DNA of 64,000 nt from Azolla caroliniana (taxonomy: Eukaryota; Plantae; Polypodiophyta). The notes under the pieces are model-generated. The model did not search any database, was not told the origin of the DNA, and saw only the letters and a list, made by a program, of their open reading frames with translations. The position numbers and the translations under genes were made by a program. Shown piece by piece: positions 38,900 through 51,510 of the stretch; position 1 is the stretch's first letter, and every line of letters starts with the position of its first letter. The stretch spans positions 30,814,001-30,878,000 of the forward strand of contig JBHGNT010000001.1 in NCBI GenBank assembly GCA_043228905.1. The letters are read 5' to 3'.

Positions 38900-40350
38900 T
38901 GAGGAGCCGAGAACAATTCAAAGCTACGAAAAAGCATGGCACACATGAGTAGCTCAAAACTTGACGCGGCATAAATCATCATGCTTTGCTCACCTTTTAT
39001 GAATGATCAACTCGAAAACAATTCAAGGCTACTCGTAGTGACATGCTATGCAATGTCAACCTAATCATCACAAACCATATGTGATGGCAAGTTTATTGAG
39101 TCAAAATATGGAGTTGAGAAGAATTCCAGGTTACATAAGCATAATAAAATGATACCATGTAGAGCATAGTCAATTATTGTGAACTTAATGATCATATGTA
39201 ACTCCCCCTCCTTTGTTTTGGAAAATAAAAAATATTTAATATACGAAACACTTAGATTTTGTTCTTCTTGTGGGAATAAACAATATTTCAAGTCGTGAAA
39301 TGGAGCTTTCATTTCTACATGTTCAATTAAGCATTCACCGAGTTACCAACCACACGATCCCTTGATAGTTGTTGGACATTCAGGGTTGTGTTGTGACCCT
39401 TGCCAATACCTAATGTCGATCTATCAAAATATCAAGTGGATGGAAGATTAAGTTGTCCATGGGACATGCATTATTGTCAATTCAAATTGGAAACAAATTA
39501 TCCATTTGACTTGCATTATTGATTGTTTGATTCAATTTATGCACGACACTTGCAACATTGCCAATTGGAATTAGATGATCCTTGAGGTTTGCATTATTTT
39601 CCAACAGTAATGGATTATCCATGGAATCCAAACCAACACAACAAAATGTATAAATGACTAGAGTAATGCATTCCTCGTGGATGATACATTGTTCATGTTA
39701 TATAGTAGATGTCAGAATATCAAGTAAATTTGATATGTGTTATCTTCCACATAGATGTCCTCGAAGTTGAAATAATAAATCTCTTCACATTTGTCTGATT
39801 GCAATTGCACGTATGAAGATGTATTTCTATAGTTTACTCATTTTTAATATACCAACAAGCCATTAGTGATATTGTGTTGTGCACGAGGCTACTAGACCTC
39901 CCAGACATTTTGTGCTCACATAAAATATTTTATTTCCTTTTGTTGCATGGAAATCAGGTTTTACCACAAGCCTTGTGAGGTAAAGTCCTAATAGATCGCC
40001 AAGTCCTATTGGTTTGCCGCAGGTCTTCGGACAAAATAGATTCCCATCAATACTCTTAAACAATCAAAACTAGCATTTAGAATAATTGATCCCTAAGATC
40101 ATGCCTACAAGAACGAGAATTCTTGTACATAGCGTTGTATCTATCACAGATAAGACATTTATGGTCTCCCACGTCAAGTGGTTGATGACGCACCGTCCAT
40201 TGCTCTTTCTCATTTGGAGTGTCATAGGACCAAAGTAGAGTTTGTTCGGACATCAGGTGGTTGTGTCGAGCACATCCCAATAGTTTTTTGTGGGGAATGA
40301 TCTCGAAGCCACAAAGGAAGGCCACATCAATGATCAAAGCGGGCATCGGT
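38900..40350 (-). mobile_element. Decayed Ty1/copia-like gag/protease/pre-integrase relic
   Basis: Minus-strand fragments KNYWDVLD..CP and EKEQW.. (gag N-terminus), W.G.DS-like (~39630), GIG (~39405) and W.H..L..N (~39150), in copia order. Many stops. Confidence 0.35.
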
Positions 40351-41888
40351 AAGTTGCAGAGGGGGGGGGGGGGGCATTGTATCGGTAACCATGGCCGGTG
40401 TTAGAGGGATACGTAAGTACATGGAGTTGATAGTGACAAAACTCATGGCATGATATGAGAGGAAGGCGAAAACCGAGATGGACGAGAGAGATAAAGAAAG
40501 GCAACAAATATGTATGTATGTACACACAAGCACAAGGAAAGGAGTGGGCGGGCGTGTTCACACGTGGGGCCCCGGACAGCCTCCATATGCATACATACAG
40601 ATGCATACATACATACATGCTCATACACAACACATAAATATGTAAGATTGGGATTGGGGCCAAGAAGTGGGGGATACAATCTCATGCGCCAACCTCGGAT
40701 TTTGGAGGCCTAATTTAGGCCGCCTCTCCTTCTCCTTAATCTTCTTCTTCGTGCTCCTCCTCTCCTCCATGCAGCAGAGAAGAAAAATTAACAACAACAA
40801 CGTCATCGGCGCGAAATAACGTTGGAAACAAAACCCTAACCCTAATTCCTCTTCTATCAGCACCGAATACATCCAACTATCGAAGCTTCTAACACCCACA
40901 CTCGTTGATCGTGAATCCTCGCTATTAATATACTTGTCACTACAGGAATGACAACATTGGAATGAATCGAAAACCATGATCTTCTCTTTCTTTCGTACAC
41001 GTTTGCAGGGAAATATTCTGTTTTTGTCTCTGTTATCAATATCAATGCATGACCGCTTGCCATAGCTTGATCTTTAACATTAAGGTCTTTTTGCCATGAA
41101 GAACATGAAACGTTTCTTCTACTTCTTCTTCTTCTTCCTCATTTTCCTTATTCTTGCAAAAGGTTGCAGAAGAAGAAGAATGTCCAACTTATAATAAAGC
41201 ATATATCGACTGCATTCGTCACAGGTAAGTCTTTTCTATTTTTCTCTGCATTTTTGCTTCTTCTCGTTGTTCATATACATATTTTCCTTTTACTTTTTGG
41301 TCACAAGATAGGGTTGTATTTCTTCAAGATTTCTTCTTCCGTTTCTTCTTTGCTTCTTCTTCGTCTATCTAAATTTCCTTTCTTTGGCTATGTTTAGGGT
41401 TTTTCCTTTTTAATTATATTGTCTTTGCTTCATTTTTTTTCTTCTTCTGTTCTTGTTCTTGTTCTCTTCTTATATATTTAGATTCTCTTCAATGGCTGAA
41501 CTTGTTGGGATCTTCTCCCCTTCCTTATTTGTTCTTGTTTGTTTCAAAATTTCCTTTCTTTTGGTCGCATGTATTATTAATTTTTCTCCCTTATTTTCTT
41601 CATATATTCTTTCATAATAAGTAATTAACCTGTCATTTTTTCTGTACATTTTCCATCCCTTTATTGTTCTTCTTTGTATCGTTTTCCTTTGTCTCATTTG
41701 TTGTCATATATGTATATGTATGTATGTATTTTCCTTTCTGATCTAAATCATTTCTTTATCTAAATAAATTTGTCTGGCTAATTCTGCTGAACAGGATGCA
41801 AAATTAATCAAAGGTTATAAAAGCCACATATTAGAGGATCAATCTCTGCAAAATACTGTTGATATCGCTGGATATATGCTTTCTCGAT

Positions 41889-44800
41889 ATGTCAACTTCT
41901 TCAGCTTTGAATAACAATGGGACAGGATCGTCGAACATATGTACAGATCCAATATCAGCTGTTTCTAATGGTGTTTGGCAAGGAGATAATCCCATGAACT
42001 TTTCTCTTCCTTTGTTGATCGTCCAGATCTGTTTAGTCCTTGTTGTCACTCGTTTCTTGGCTCTCCTTCTTCGCCCCTTTCGACAACCGCGGGTCATAGC
42101 GGAAATCATTGTAAATTCATATCTTAATCTCTTGTTATTTGCTCCAATAGTAATTGCACTGTTAATGGTATCATGTAATATAGCTTCTCTAGTGTCATAT
42201 GCTGGAAAATCTACATTTTTTCTTGACATAATTTAATATAGCTTCTTGTGCAGTAATACATTCCCAGTAAATTTGTTCTTGACACAGTGTAATAAAACTT
42301 TACTTATGTATGCATTGAAAAAATATTAATCGATTAATCCTAAATTCAACAGGGAGGGATACTACTCGGTCCTTCTGCATTGGGTCGCAACAAAACCTAC
42401 GTCAACCATATATTTCCCAAGCAGAGTATTACTGTGCTTGACACAGTAGCAGATCTAGGCCTTATATTTTTCCTTTTTCTCGTGGGTCTCGAGCTCGACC
42501 TACATGCCATCAGAAGGACAGGAAAACAAGCATTGAGTATAGCTGCGGCTGGAATCTGTGTCCCCTTCATTGCAGGTGTAGGAGTTTCAGTTGTCTTACA
42601 TAGAACTATTGCTTCGGATGGACGATTTGTCCCCTTTCTAATCTTCATGGGAGTGGCCATGTCTATAACAGCGTTTCCTGTATTGGCTCGAATTCTAGCA
42701 GAAAGGAAACTTCTCACTACAGATGTGGGACAAATGGCCATGTCAGCAGCAGCAGTAAATGATATGGCAGCGTGGATTCTTCTCGCATTGGCAGTTGCCT
42801 TATCAGGCTCTGGAAAGAGCCCTCTGATTGCCCTGTGGGTGTTTCTATGTGGGCTTGCTTTTGTGATAGTTATGTTTGTTATTATCAGGCCCCTTATGGC
42901 TTTATTTACTAGACAAGCCGTGGAGAATGAGCCTGCCAATGAGCTTCATGTTGCAATAACTCTTGGTGGAGTTTTGATTTCGGGTTTTGCAACCGATGCT
43001 GTAGGTATTCATGCTATTTTTGGAGCTTTTGTGTTTGGGCTGATCATACCAAAAGAAGGAGCATTTGGAACCATGATGATAGAGAAAATTGAAGATTTCG
43101 TAACCATTCTCATGTTACCGCTGTACTTTGCTTCCAGTGGATTGAAGACAAATATCAGATCTATCCACAGTGCACAATCCTTCAGTCTTCTGGTCCTCGT
43201 TATTGCCACAGCATGTATTGGGAAAGTATTCGGTACTTTCGCAGTTGCTTCTGTCCACAAGATGAATATCCGGAAATCACTAACCCTAGGATTTCTTATG
43301 AACACGAAAGGTCTAGTGGAGCTCATAGTCCTCAATATCGGCAAGGATAGGAAGGTAATCAATGCATTTGTTTTTCATGTGCTTAAAAACACTTGTTTCA
43401 TTTCCATCGTTCAGCACCATTTCCATTTCTTCCCAAGAGTAAAAGAATCTATCTTCTGCATTTATATAATTTCAAACACGCAGGTCCTTAACGATGAGAC
43501 ATTTGCTATCATGGTTTTGATGGCCCTAGTCACGACCTTTATTACTACTCCTACGGTTATGGCATTGTATAAACCAGCCCGGAACCAAGTACCTTACAGT
43601 CGAAGAGTTCTCTACATTCCAGGAAGTAAAGATGACGCAGAACTACGTGTTTTGGCATGTGTGCACGGGATGCCAAATGTTCATGCCATAATTAATCTCA
43701 TTGAAGCTTCTAGAGGAACAAGAAAGCGGACTCTCCGAATGTATATTTTGCATTTGCTTCAGTTAACCGAAAGGCCTTCTTCGATCATGAAAGTGCAAAA
43801 GGTAAGAACAAATGGGTTGCCATCTAGTGATTATCACGACAACATGGATAGTGTTGTGCTTGCCTTTGAAGCATATGGACAGTTGAGCAAAGTAACCGTC
43901 CAAGCCATGACTGCTATATCAAATTTTGATGATATGCATGAAGATATTTGTGCCATAGCTGGGCAAAAGAGAGCTTGCTTCATTGTGATACCTTTTCACA
44001 AGCATGCCCGTCCAGTAGATGGTGTTTGGGAGGGTAACAATCCGGGTCTACGGAATGTGAATCTGAAAGTTCTTTCACATGCCCCTTGTTCGGTCGGAAT
44101 CTTAGTGGATCGTGGAATCGGCATGGCTTCTCTGTCTTCAAATCATGTGGACCACAATGTGGCTGTTTTGTTCTTTGGAGGTCCTGATGATAGAGAGGCA
44201 CTTGCCTTTGGCTATCGCATGGTAGAGCATCCAGGAGTGAAATTGAAGGTCTTTAGGTTTATTCAAGGACCTATAACGGATCATGTATCAATATCTATAT
44301 TGTCGTCTGAGTATTGCGATCAACATTCATGTCATAGTGATATTATTGAAGGGGATGTGCAAAACTCGAGGTTCTCTCGAAGCTCTCCTTTTTCCATGGC
44401 GCACGGTAATTCCTTAGAGACTTTGAATCGCAACATGGCAGAGGAAGAGAAACTAGATGAAGAGTGTTTGGCAGTGGTGAAGGAGGCAAGCTTGGTCACA
44501 ATGATAGAATCGCAACAAGAAATTACTATGACACGATCTGTCACATTTGAGGAGATAGTAGTTAATACCAACCCGATCGAGGTAGCGATTGATATTGGAA
44601 GGATCAAAGATTTTACCTTGTTGGTAATGGGCCGAGGAAGGACTCCGTCTCCGATGATCGCAACGTTAACGGGGAGGCAAGTAGAGTTTCCGGAGCTAGG
44701 TCTTATAGGGGATGCCCTCATCACTTGTAGTCACCACACTCATTCTTCGATATTTGTTATTCAAAGGCACGATCCTGCTTTGGTGAAAGAGGAGATAGAT

Positions 44801-45064
44801 TGTCGGAAAGTAGAGGGTGCTTCCTTCTCAAAGACAAATAACTTGCTTTCTAGGGGGCTCCTTGTTGCTACAGGTCCCCGTACTCCGTCTCTCCAATCCT
44901 CTCCGGGGAGGGATAATGATGATAGCATTGATCATGATGATAACCTTGATAAAGTTCCTGGTGCAGCTTTTGATAATGATAATAAAGTTCCTAGTAGAGC
45001 TTCTGATAATGATGATATAAATGATGACAATGTTCCAAGTACCGTGTTTGTTGAAAGAGATTAA
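41889..45064 (+). CDS. Cation/H+ antiporter, CHX family (CHX17-20-like, CPA2)
   Basis: Exons 41889-42110, 42353-43354 and 43484-45064. Motifs [113 protein letters not shown]. Confidence 0.96.
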
Positions 45065-45249
45065 TGTCACTAAGATTATGAGTCAACACTGACCCCATTG
45101 TAAGCATATGCCACGGCCCTTCATGGTATACAATTATTCACATGTGTATTTCCGAGTATCCCCTCCATTTTTCAAGGTTGGAATTTTGTGATGTATATAT
45201 TCATGATCTCATGAAGCTATAACTTGAGCTAATATTTCAATGCAACTTA

Positions 45250-45950
45250 ATTAGAGCAACGCAACGAGCGTTAAGTATAATGCACAGCTTTGATGATGTT
45301 TTTCATACATGCAACTTAAGAGTATCATGCCACCTAAATATAGTTCAATTCCAATCTAGCCACATTACCATATAAATAATTCATGGCTTATCATGCAATC
45401 TACTTTGCTTAGAGCCGACCTTGCTAGATTATTATGTCATTATCAATTATTTTGTTCATACTTAGATTTTGGGTGGTGAATATAATTAGCTTGCCTAAAA
45501 GTACAATGTTTGATACCCTTCCAAGGTCCAAGCTTGAATGGGGATTTATATTATCAAAAATATCAACATTGCACGAGGGGATATTTCCATTTGGATGTAA
45601 TTTGCATTTGCCATGTGGTATAGCTATCACTATCCATGGTAGATGTGTCGAATAATCATAATAATTGTACAAGCATCAATATATATAGCCCATGGTTATT
45701 TGAATGTGAAAAAGTTTTCTCTTGCACTTAAAGCCAAGTATATGCATGTGCTTTGGAACATGCTATCATTAGATAGTTTTCTAGATAGCCTTGTATATCC
45801 TTTTGCAATGCACATGTTGATTCCAAGTGCATCTTAGAAATGCAATGGGTACCTATTGAAAAGATTCATATAGTCACACCACAATGTTAAAAATGATGGA
45901 TTTTTAGTTATTATAGATAGAAACTTCAATGACTGAAAAAATAAGTAATG
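45250..45950 (-). mobile_element. Decayed Ty1/copia RT relic
   Basis: Minus-strand remnants IAKGY (~45800), DLG.V...LG (~45520) and VGS (~45420), in RT order. Confidence 0.35.
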
Positions 45951-46377
45951 GGGAAGGATCATCACTTAAACAAAAAGAATGGATAAAGCATATCTATAGT
46001 GCATGGTCATTTTGGAACTGTGCATTTGAAGGATAATGGTTATAAAATATACAAAACCTAAATAAAGAAAACACCTTGCTCTTTCCAAAACACAAAGAAC
46101 GCAAATTAATAATATCTCCTATATATGCTTCTTGCATTTGTGATTTCTAGATGGTGAATACATTCTTCGTCAACAACAATCTTCATATACAATGTCCAAA
46201 GCTAGTGGTCAAATCCACTATTCATGATGTTGTGGAGACATGGATCATACGTGAACTCAAAACTTTGAAGGCTTGGTTGATCGAAGGCTTCATGTTTCAA
46301 GCGAGTTCATTCTCAATAATGAGCATGAGAATGCATGTAGACAAGCTTTGGTGATCGATGCCATCATTCTTCTAGTA

Positions 46378-46578
46378 AGGGGAATTTACCAAAATACCCC
46401 TCCGAGAACAACACTCATCATTCTAGATGTTTACGAGAGAATGAGGGATCAGAGGGAGAGGGGTATTTTGAGAATTTTGAGAAATGAGTATTTTTGGGGT
46501 TGATATTTGGAGGGTATTTTTGGAGACTATTTGGAGGGCTATTTGATATCAGAGGGATAATTTTGGTAGAAGTTGCCT
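46378..46578. mobile_element. Putative Mutator-like MITE directly upstream of PIG-P
   Basis: Imperfect inverted ends GGGGAATTTACCAAAATACCCCT and AGGGATAATTTTGGTAGAAGTTGCC, with internal AGGGTATTTT repeats. Similar CCAAAATACCC-type sequence occurs in introns at ~36030-36270 and ~5890-6030. Confidence 0.45.
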
Positions 46579-46651
46579 CTTTTAGAACGAACGTCAATCC
46601 CCTGTTCTTCTTCGTTTCTGTTACCGTCTCCGACAAGAAGCAAGAATCGAT

Positions 46652-48742
46652 ATGGCCGCGGATTCTTCTTCTTCTGTGGCGAGCCCTAGAAGGGCGCTGT
46701 CTATATCAAGGGAGAAAGCCTCAGTTTTCATATTGGCTGAAGGTGAAGGGGACAGAAACAAGCAAGGTGCCAAGCCAGCAGAGGTCTATGGCTTCGTTGG
46801 ATCTATTTCCACCATTGTGGCAACAGGTAGGTCTCTCTCTACATATATGATGTGCATATATGTGTGTGTATAATTCTATTCTGTTTACGATAAAAAGGTC
46901 ATGCATAGCATCCACAGGTCAAACATAGTATGACTAAGGATGGGTTTTGATTCAGTGGCTGTTACTCGAATCTGAACACTGTTATTCATAATGGACATAC
47001 ATGCTAATGCGGAAGACCATCACTGCTTACAAAAAAAAGACATCTTGATGCCTGGGTTCTCCAGCTGCAAAGTCATGCATAACATCCATTGTCTAGGTTC
47101 CAAGCGGAGTATCACGATGGCACAAAATTATTGGTCACAAAAGATAATCCACGCTTACGTGGCAGATAGTCATTGATTGCAAAAATAATCGTGAGCCAAT
47201 GTATGAAAATTCAAAAACGTCCATAGCAAGCATGTGATGTGATTATGTCTAAGTTTGGAGTAGATGCAGCCAGTGGAAATCTATGCTAATCCTCAGGATC
47301 CATGATGCAACTAAGCTTATACAACATCCATTGTCTTCAAGAGCCATGATATGCCACACCATTATTGGTAGCAAACAAATTCTGTGCTGATGTGACACAC
47401 CTTTGTTGTTCTCCAAAATATCAGGTTTGTACCAGAAATCCATAAAAGAAATTTGTACCACACCATCGACAGGCTCAGAAGGAATGATGAGATGAAATTA
47501 CATGGTGATTTTGCACATGATAATTGGTTACAAAACTTATATGAGGGGCTGGATTAGGCGAATGGCACAATATCAACGGTTGCCGAATGTGGACTTCCAA
47601 GCTGATGTGGCAAACAAAACATGGACAGAAATTGGTGCTGATGTGTCTCAAGATTATATGGTCGCTAAAATGTGAATTTTGTACCAAGACGAGTAATAAG
47701 ATAGCTACAAACACCTAAGTGGTTAATGATAGAACAAAGTTCCCATCAAATGTGTCTTGGTGTCTATGTTAATGGGTGCTAGGTTTGCAGCTGTGAAACT
47801 TTGATATGCCTATGGAATACCAGTGTGAGATAAGTGGAGAGAGTATGTTTTTTTCTTGTGACCATTCATAGGTTTCTCCAGCGATGAGTTGTTCAACACC
47901 TATTGTGATCCGTTTTGGTCATTGTTTTGATGTTTGGAGTTTCTTTATTCCCATTTTCCAGTGAGTCTTTGCACAGGACATCACATCACATCCTTCTTGG
48001 CAATTCCACTTTGTTTTCAATACATTTAAATACTGATCTGTTGGCATAATTGGTTGACACACAGTTTTTTCCTTTAATGCTGTTGCGAATCAGTCCTTTC
48101 AGGGGAAGAGTGAAAAGACAAGTATGGAAGAGAGAGAGAATGATTATTCCCTGATATTTGCAGTTCTATTTTTTGGATGGGCTTATCTACCAGAATCGTG
48201 GCTTTACTTAATTGGCATTACGTACTATCCCAGTCGGTAATTGTTCTTGGCTGTAAATATTTATAGATTTTTATGGGTATGTGTGGTAATAGCATAAAGT
48301 TTCTAAAACCTAGCTAGAAATGCTGTATTAGATAACATTAACTTTTACACCTTGCATGCATATTAACTGACGTTCGGTTCCCTAAATACAGGTACTGGGC
48401 TGTTGCATTCCCAGCATATGCTATGATGCTGATCATTTTTGTTTGTGTTATGTATACAAGTTTGAATTATATCGTCACAATCCCCCCCAACTCATGGAAC
48501 TCTTTATGTGGTGAGGTTTTTTCATATTTCATTTCATTTTTATGTTCTTTTGTTTGGCTTCGATGGAATTATTATTGCTATCATGGAGATGATTGAAATT
48601 CTCCTTTAAAACTGCAGATGAATTCACAAGAGCTCCTGTAACTCTTCCTAGTGGCAGTTCACTCCAAAGTGAAAGGCCGATTGATCCAATCTCTGACATT
48701 CCAATTACTGAAGTGAATCTTATGATGTTTGGTACAAGGTGA
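46652..48742 (+). CDS. PIGP: Phosphatidylinositol N-acetylglucosaminyltransferase subunit P (GPI-GnT)
   Basis: Exons 46652-46826, 48164-48236, 48392-48510 and 48618-48742. Motifs KPAEVYGFVGSI, WAYLPESWL..IGITYYPSRYWAVAFP, DEFTR and IDPISDIPITEVN. Confidence 0.93.
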
Positions 48743-49419
48743 AGATAATATTTGGTTAAAGGTTAAATGAAGTTTTGTTTTTTTATCAAATTAACTGCAT
48801 GAAGCAATCCCCTCATTGTTAAGATTGACGCAGGAATACTGATTGGGCTGAATTGGCGACAAACTCCACAAAAAAATGTTTGATAAGAAGATAGGATAAA
48901 TATATATATACATATTATATTCATGCATATTGGATGTTACATATCCAAACCGAGATCTGATAAATGGCGGATAAAGTGATATTTACTATTCCGAACATTT
49001 GTGTTCACTTTGATCACCATCCAAGATTGAATTCTTCCCACTTTATCAAGATATACGGGATTTGAATGGTAAATCTCAATATAAAAAAAACTACTATAAA
49101 GCTTACCAAAGTAATCAACTTTTGTGAAAAACACAATGCTTAATTACAAGCAAGTTATTTACGTGGGTTTGGTTTTTGGTGATTTAGAATTTTACATGAA
49201 TGTTTTTGAAAAGGTCATAATATCTATCTTATTGCAGTCCTTGACTCTGTATACATGGTTTATTTGCAATGATCTGTAATACATCCTCTATCTAGAATGT
49301 TGTATTTTCTTTAGAAGAGATTCAATGTAGACTTTTAGAAGATCATTCAATGTCAAAAGCAATTCACTTCAAACATAGATTCAAAAATGAGTATCACTGG
49401 ATAGCAATATGGTAATAAC

Positions 49420-49582
49420 CATAGTACGTAAAATTCGTGTTCGTCTAGCATAACATTTGTTTTCCTACGTTGGAGAACGAATGCAAATGTTATTCAAATG
49501 TTTTTTTTTCCCATTTTTCAGGCTTATTTACCTCATAATAAATAGTTAACCCAAAAGTATGGTACATATGGTTCATACTATG
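49420..49582 (+). mobile_element. hAT-like MITE with 8-bp TSD GTAATAAC
   Basis: GTAATAAC|CATAGTAC...CATACTATG|GTAATAAC. Confidence 0.85.
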
Positions 49583-49690
49583 GTAATAACATAACTTTAG
49601 AGTCATAGATACTCATGCATTACATAACATCAATAAGTGGCCACAACAAAACATTCAATGAGTATCACTGGATAGCAATATGGTAATAAC

Positions 49691-49854
49691 CATAGTACGT
49701 AAATTTCGTGTTCGTCTAGCATAACATTCGTTTTCCTACGTTGGAGAACAAATGCGAATGTTATTCAAATGTTTTTTTTTTCCCATTTTTCAGGCTTATT
49801 TACCTCATAATAAATAGTTAACCCAAAAGTATGGTACATATGGTTCATACTATG
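49691..49854 (+). mobile_element. Second copy of the hAT-like MITE, arising from the tandem duplication
   Basis: Same TIRs, same TSD and same flanks as 49420-49582. Confidence 0.85.
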
Positions 49855-50348
49855 GTAATAACATAACTTTAGAGTCATAGATACTCGTGCATTACATAAC
49901 ATCAATAAGTGGCCACAACAAAACATTCAATGTCTTTACTTCGTCTTTGTAGTCATTGAAACCATTTGTCCTTGAAGCTTAAAACTTGAGCTTTGGTTAT
50001 CCCAAACCTCACCAAATTGGGAAGCTATATGCATCACAAACAACTCAAGAAATTTACCTAAATACAAAAAAAATCCTGTATGGAATCCTCATGAAAGTGA
50101 TGAAGTATTTTTTAAATCATTGAACTACCCAATAAGCCTCTTAGTTTTTGGAGATACCTTTGGGTTGAGTTGGTAATATATCTTGTAGGTCACATAACAA
50201 GCACTTCCACCATCAAACATTTGACTTCTACATGTTTGCCAAGTGGTCATGATTAACACAAGCTTGCAATGTGGAGAGACGAAAAGAAAAGGTGAAAGGA
50301 ATTATTACTTATTGCATTATAGATGCATACACTAGCCATGATAGCCAC

Positions 50349-50821
50349 TGTTATGTACACATAACGTTGGTGAGGGTAGGTCACTAATATTTACATTAGT
50401 GAAGGGTATGTTCACTATTATTAAAAAGGGGACTAATGATTGGATAGAATGAATGATATGTGCATGCACTATCATGATTTAGACAACCAATGAATAGAGA
50501 GCCTTTTAGAAAGGCACATCTATTCAAGGGGCCTAGGAAAAGGTATAAATATGAGGCTTAGCTACCCTCATAGGATGATCACGTCGGAAGGCTGCTGTCG
50601 TAGACACCGGTGGTGCGGGCTAGGCTTTCGTCTCGACGATCGTGTTTATCTCTTCCAAGGTATTAGTCATCCTAATATCCGGCGGTATGGGACGTCGGTG
50701 GTAGGTTGGCTATGTCTAGATCATAGCTCGGGGGTGGTCGGGTGGAACGGGTTCTTCTATCCAATCTATTTTCTTCCTTTTTACTTGATTTGGTCTATTG
50801 ATTAGTAATAGACTCTTAACA
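50349..50821 (+). repeat. 5' LTR (473 bp)
   Basis: TGTTA...TAACA inverted ends; TATAAAT at 50544; direct repeat of 56905-57377. Confidence 0.98.
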
Positions 50822-50822
50822 G

Positions 50823-50834
50823 TGGTATCAGAGC
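50823..50834 (+). promoter_or_regulatory. Primer binding site (initiator tRNA-Met)
   Basis: TGGTATCAGAGC lies 1 nt after the 5' LTR. Confidence 0.95.
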
Positions 50835-51064
50835 TTTTACTAACAATTTTTTTGTTGTTTTGATGTTTTTTGCGTGTGAGCGAGGGGGATCTAACAAGGC
50901 TCGTCATGCTCTTCTCAGGATCAAAACAACACTCTAAACCCGGTATTCTTCTTTTTTGATCTCTTCTCTTTTTCTATTATGCGTTCTTTATGGTCGAATC
51001 AAATTGGTATTACGTTTTATTCTCTTTCTTTCTACCTCCTACTACGCTACGATTTTACTTATTA

Positions 51065-51510
51065 TTATGCATCGGGCCGAGCGTGTTTGCACTAATCGCA
51101 CACGCTCAACTCATGGCCTTTTGCATATTGCGATATATATCCCACTCTCTCCTCTCTTGAACTCTTACGATAATAATTATTCTTGTGCATTGGGTCGAGC
51201 GTGTTTGCTCTAATCGCACACGCTTATCTCATGGCCGTTTTGCATATGATGTTGAGTATACCACTCTACTCTCTATTAAGCCATCAATTGGCCGATTCTA
51301 TGGGATGTTGTGGCCTTGACAAGGTATATGTAGCTTACATATGCCACTTTCCTTTTTAATTAGCCATCAATTGGCCGATTCTAAGGGATGATGTGGCCTT
51401 GACGAGGTATATGTCACTTACCTATGCCACTTTCCTCTTTAATTAGCCATTACTTGGCCGATTCTAGGGATATGTGGTGGTCTTGAGGAGGTGCATGTCA
51501 ACTACCCTAG
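51065..51510 (+). repeat. Two tandem arrays in the retrotransposon leader (2 x 118 bp, then 3 x 83 bp)
   Basis: GAGCGTGTTTGC.CTAATCGCACACGCT at 51079 and 51197; AGCCAT.A.TTGGCCGATTCTA at 51279, 51362 and 51445. Confidence 0.9.

Larger units (their letters stand above)
49387..49931. repeat. Near-perfect tandem duplication of a ~271-bp unit containing a MITE
   Basis: ATGAGTATCACTGGATAGC...AAAACATTCA occurs twice, with only a few substitutions and a 1-bp poly-T difference. Confidence 0.95.

Noticed and set aside
42380-45064. 894-aa single-exon CHX ORF
   Set aside because: It includes a 129-nt stop-free intron and misses exon 1. The spliced model is given instead.
47000-47900. Possible decayed LINE 3' end in PIG-P intron 1
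   Set aside because: Only faint Trp/Cys spacing similarity; too degraded to support.
50551-50805. Identical 84-aa ORFs at 50551 and 57107
   Set aside because: They lie within the LTRs, so the duplication reflects LTR identity. The frame is only partly kept in the older LTR copy.
51065-51510. CRISPR-like or retrozyme interpretation of the leader arrays
   Set aside because: Whole units are duplicated with no unique spacers, the context is eukaryotic with no cas genes, and no CTGATGA...GAAA hammerhead core is present.
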